From Squalus acanthias (lineage: Eukaryota), in the NCBI GenBank assembly GCA_030390025.1, contig CM059431.1, positions 131,132,001 to 131,196,000 on the forward strand: a DNA stretch of 64,000 bases. The letters are read 5' to 3'. The number at the start of each line of letters is the position of its first letter. The first letter of the stretch is position 1. Below are positions 59,829 through 64,000 of the stretch, piece after piece. The notes under the pieces were generated by a model that was not told where the DNA came from, ran no database searches, and was given only the letters and a program-made list of their open reading frames with translations. The position numbers were made by a program, and so were the translations under genes.

Positions 59829-62800
59829 GGCTTGGATTTTCCTCCAAATTACCACCAGTTTTGAGGTATATTTGGGGTGGTAAATGGAGTAAAATGAATT
59901 ATTAAGAGGCTGCTGCCTCAAATCTGCATCTGAATTATCCTCCCAAAAAAGCACCAGTCCCCTTTAAGGCCTGTCAGGAGCCTGATCTGCCTCATGTAAA
60001 TGGGGTTGGCCATGTAACTAACCCTTCTAACCCATTTCCCCAAATTTCTATCCCAAACCTGCCCAAAATAATTACCGCTACTACATAAGTAGTGGCAGGA
60101 GCTGCACCACATTATCCCTAAGATGGACACCACATTAAGGAGGCCATTTTGTGTGCTGTTGCTGAAGATTGGTGGTGCCTTGTGTAGGAAAGGCTGATAT
60201 TTAAAGATATTTAGTAGACAAGAATCATATATGTATAACTTCAAGTGTAGCCATTGACCACATAATATTACCCATAATTACTCCTGGGTAACTAAAAAGC
60301 TAAGACTTGTTCAGAATGCAGCTGCGAGGACAGGCAAAAGCAGTTTTGACTAAGCTTTGATAACAAACAGCCACAGGCTGCGAGTGAAGGTTAAATTGCT
60401 AAATAACATATTATGATGCTAAGTAGAAATTAGAGTTCACTTAACAAAACTAATTGCAACAATATTTAAAGGATAATTAGTATAAGGACATAAAATGAGA
60501 GAAATCATGGAAGTTAAGGTATTTATCTGGTAGATTAAAGTGAGATAGTCTGGATACCTCAGTGCTGATATGGGCTCTTGGTATAAAGGCCTTGTACCAG
60601 GGAGGCTATGAAATGAAAGAGATATGGTAAATTCCAATGGGGTGAAAAGCTATAAACAAGATAACAGGACAGCGGAGCAGAGTTAGTGGAAATGTACTGG
60701 AAAAGGAGTGACCAGGTTACTAGCCTTAACCTGAGTGGCAATTGTATTTTGACCATTAGAACCAATTAAAGAAGGTGATTTTGTTAAAGACCGTATATGG
60801 ACACTGGCCAAACGAACTGTTGATAAGCAAAGGGTTAAAACCTCAATACTCAAAGAACAACTTCACACAGAGATTTGCTGTGAAGAAAAGGAACAGACTT
60901 ACGACGACGTCGCCTGTGTCCAAAAGGCTCCAGAGACCAAGGGCTGCGAGCTATTCGTTTTGACTATCGCCTAATGTTAAGTATTAATTACGCTGTAAGC
61001 TTAATAAATCTGATCCATTGCTCAAATATACTGGCTGCTGCCTATTGGTGTCTTGTCCAAGAACTCTGAGAGGTCACTTAATTGACTCACACTTGCTTCC
61101 ACATTGGTCTCTTTATTACTTAGGAGGTTCAGTCAAGATTTCTGCTGCTAGCTTCATTGAGCTCTGCACAAAGTATTGCTTTGCACTGGAGACATGGCTC
61201 CGGAATGGAATTCCCTCTAATTTTATGCTATGAAGATGAGGAGGAGGACATGGAAGAGGTTAGATTGGAGGCTCTTAGATTCATGCTTTGCGGAAAATGT
61301 CTTTTCTCTATACAGTCCACCCACTCACCAAGTTCTACAGACCAAGAAGCTCTTATTTGATTTTTGTGACTGTCAGTGATTCCTCCCCTCCCCCCAACAC
61401 AATGCCCCTCCCCCCCCCGCCCCTCCAGCCCAAACTGCCACATGAGGTTATTGGGAAACTATGTCAACTGCTGACTGGATGCCTGCAGCCTACTTCCACC
61501 AGAACAGTAAGTTCTGTACCAGTCATGACCATTAGTGGCTTTAATTTCTTTGCATTTGGATCCTTCCAGGCAGCAGTAGGTGATCTTTGTCACATTAATC
61601 AGGCAGCTGCTTACCATTGCATCAAGAAGGCCATTGATGCCCTATTCAGAAGGGCTGCATAATTCATAACCTTTCCAATGGAAGCAGGAAAAGAGAGAGA
61701 GCGATCAAGTTTTTCAGATTGGTAGGATTCCCACAGATGCAAGGCATGTACCACTCAAAGCCTCATATGACAACCCCCTCAATTTTATGAATAGGAATGT
61801 CTTACATTCTGTTAGTATCCAGCTAGTGTGTCTGGTTAATGTGCAATGCCAATCACCTTATCCTGTCATTGCTAGACACCCAGGAAGCTGCCATGATGCT
61901 TTTGTGATGCAACAATCCACCATAACTGCCCCCATGTATCTGGATAGTTCATAGGTGCTCAGAGCTATCCTCTCAGTCATGGCTAGTGGCTACAGTAAGG
62001 CTTCGACAGACAGAAGGGGACAACAGATACAATGAGGCCCCTACCACTACAAGAATTGTTGTAGAGAAACTTGCAAGTCCTGTTTTAGGTGCCTGGATAA
62101 TCAGGTGGAGCCCTGCAATACAGCTCAGGGAGAATCATTGTAGTTTGCTGTATTCTGCATAATATTGCAATGAAGAAAGGCTCGCTGCTTCTGGAAGCTG
62201 AAGGCGATGATGATGGAGATGGGGTGGAAGGGCTTCCCTCCCCACAGCATGAAGAGGGTGCGTGGGAAGGATAGGACATGGGATAGAACAGCCAAACAAA
62301 GGAAGGTGCAATCGATAACCTGGCTTGTTCTCCTCTTCCTCACAAAGTTCAACACTGTCAAAGACTTCTGCCAGGTTCATTCATAAGACAGAAATCTACA
62401 TTTCCCCTGTCATCATTGCAACCCCCAAAAGCTGAAAGCATGCACAGAAATGAACTCAGAACTCTATGTGCACAAGCCATGTTTATTTCACACAACATAT
62501 TCCCCAAAAAGTGTCAAAATTTCCAATCACCCTACCTACACCTACTTTTTAACTGTGTCTACCCGTTGTGTCAACTAACTTAATTGTTATGAGGTACACC
62601 CTGAGTAAAATGAAATTGAGAGCTAGCTGGCTGGGATGATCCCCTTGACGTCTTAGAGGCCTGAGGTGATTCCTGTCTCAGGGAAGCATTAGTCCCAGAA
62701 GATCCAGATTTGAGCATTCCTTTCTTGCAGTGGCAAGGGATACCTGGCTATATCTGAAGCGTCTTCGTGTGGGCACTGGAGAAAGCCTTAAGGCAGCAGG

Positions 62801-63485
62801 CTCAATGCAACTCTCCAGAGTGACAGTGATATCTGCATTTATTCTTTGCAGCCCACTGGTGCTGGGCACAGACTCTGAAGAGCTTCTAGTCAGGGTCAGT
62901 ACAGACCAAATACTCCCAACCGGGTCTTGTAATCCCTGAGTAATGCTTGTTTTCATGATGACCCTCAAAGCATCTATTGAAACAATGGTAGCTGCCACTC
63001 TGAAAGCCACCAATGTCCTTAGAAGCTGTTCCTGGCATCTTGACGCTGTAGAAATCTCCTGGGCTATCACAGTCTCCAGAGTTTGGAGCAGGGAGGGAAC
63101 GGCCAATCGTGGGGAGAAGCAGGTTAGCTTGGTAGGCAGGGGGGACTACTCCTGCTCCTCCTGGCCCACAAGCAGTGCTGGAAAGGCACTTATCCAGCAG
63201 TCCTTGCCTCCCTTCAGCTGCCGTGTTTCCCGAGGCCTGGGAAAACTGGTCGGCCAGTGTTGAATTTAAAATGGAGGTAAAATCTGAGGTGCGCAGCCTC
63301 ATTAAAATATTTGAATGAGTGACCCACCTCCTAGGAGTGGGTTGAATGCCCACCCTCCATACGACTCCGTTAAAACCAGAAGTGGGTGGGCTCAAGGTGG
63401 GTACGGTTCGGGTTTGAGATTTTTAACATTTTATCATCCCACCCAACCCAAACCCACCCATTTTTAGTGGTTAAAATTCCCCCCA
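59829..63485. mobile_element. Old degenerate Harbinger: transposase remnant (+, ~61190-62300) and Myb-gene remnant (-, ~62600-63100)
   Basis: FNFFAFGSFQAAVGDLCHINQAAAYHCIKKAIDALFRRA, GSCHDAF, CCILHNIA; left end GGCTTGGATTTT, right end AAAATTCCCCC. Confidence 0.7.
60183..61070 (+). mobile_element. Possible solo LTR
   Basis: Starts TGTAGG, AATAAA at ~61003, interrupts Harbinger-like sequence; no clean CA end or TSD found. Confidence 0.35.
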
Positions 63486-63930
63486 ATCAGTCTGATTCAT
63501 GCACTACTTCCCCCCAGGTGAGTGTCTCTATGCATGTAAGATGCAACTGGTGAGGAGGTGGCAGCAATTGAGTCTGAGATTCCAGCAGTTAACTCCCCAG
63601 AGGCAGTTACTAGATGGTCATTATTGTGGCTTTCCTTTTCCTGCAGTGACATTCCCTCTCAAAGTTGTTAAGTGGAAGGGCATTGCTATACTTTGAGAAA
63701 GCACATAAAGCTGACAGAACCTATGAGAAGCATTTCCCAGCTTTTACCAGCCTTCTGTTGCAAACTTGCCTTGAACAACCAGCCTCGCCTCCTCCCACAG
63801 GTTCTCCTGTCTATTTACTTATGATTTCAGCACTTCCTCTTCGTGGGTGTTCAGGGTTTTCAGCACTGCTGCTGTATTTCTTTAGCACTGGTTGTAGGCC
63901 ATCTTTGCCTTTGGAGGGAGAGAAGATAAT

Positions 63931-64000
63931 GGCCCGGAATTTGCGGTTGTAATGACGGCGAAACAGTCAGCGTTCGCCATCATTACTGTGTAAAACTAAC
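63931..64000. mobile_element. Left end of another Harbinger-like element, running off the window
   Basis: AAT|GGCCCGGAATTT matches family-B TIRs; subterminal hairpin GTAATGACGGCGAA/TTCGCCATCATTAC. Confidence 0.6.

Overview
Eukaryotic, almost entirely transposon-derived vertebrate DNA, most likely from a shark or other cartilaginous fish (DeuSINE/SacSINE1-like SINEs, abundant CR1 and L2 LINEs, many PIF/Harbinger elements). No host protein-coding gene can be called with confidence. The window is a stack of nested insertions: CR1 and L2 LINEs, a single-ORF LINE with a tRNA-like 5' head, several Harbinger transposons (transposase plus convergent spliced Myb/SANT gene) and their MITEs, a Buster-type hAT with a perfect 8-bp TSD, four solo LTRs with 4-bp TSDs, and Penelope-type fragments carrying minimal hammerhead ribozymes, two of which are ~105-bp-arm hairpins. 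The most striking structure is a full-length Harbinger transposon (50276-59825) whose Myb/SANT gene is interrupted by a provirus (52783-58884, TSD CCAG) that lost gag-pol and nearly all of its 5' LTR. It keeps only a splice acceptor and a degraded env gene, which has a V-set immunoglobulin-like domain with a long cysteine-rich loop in front of a paramyxovirus-F-like (lokiretrovirus-like) fusion module. Smaller oddities are telomeric repeats at a CR1 5' junction and a 28S rRNA P-loop fragment. All calls come from reading the sequence by eye; no database searches were run.
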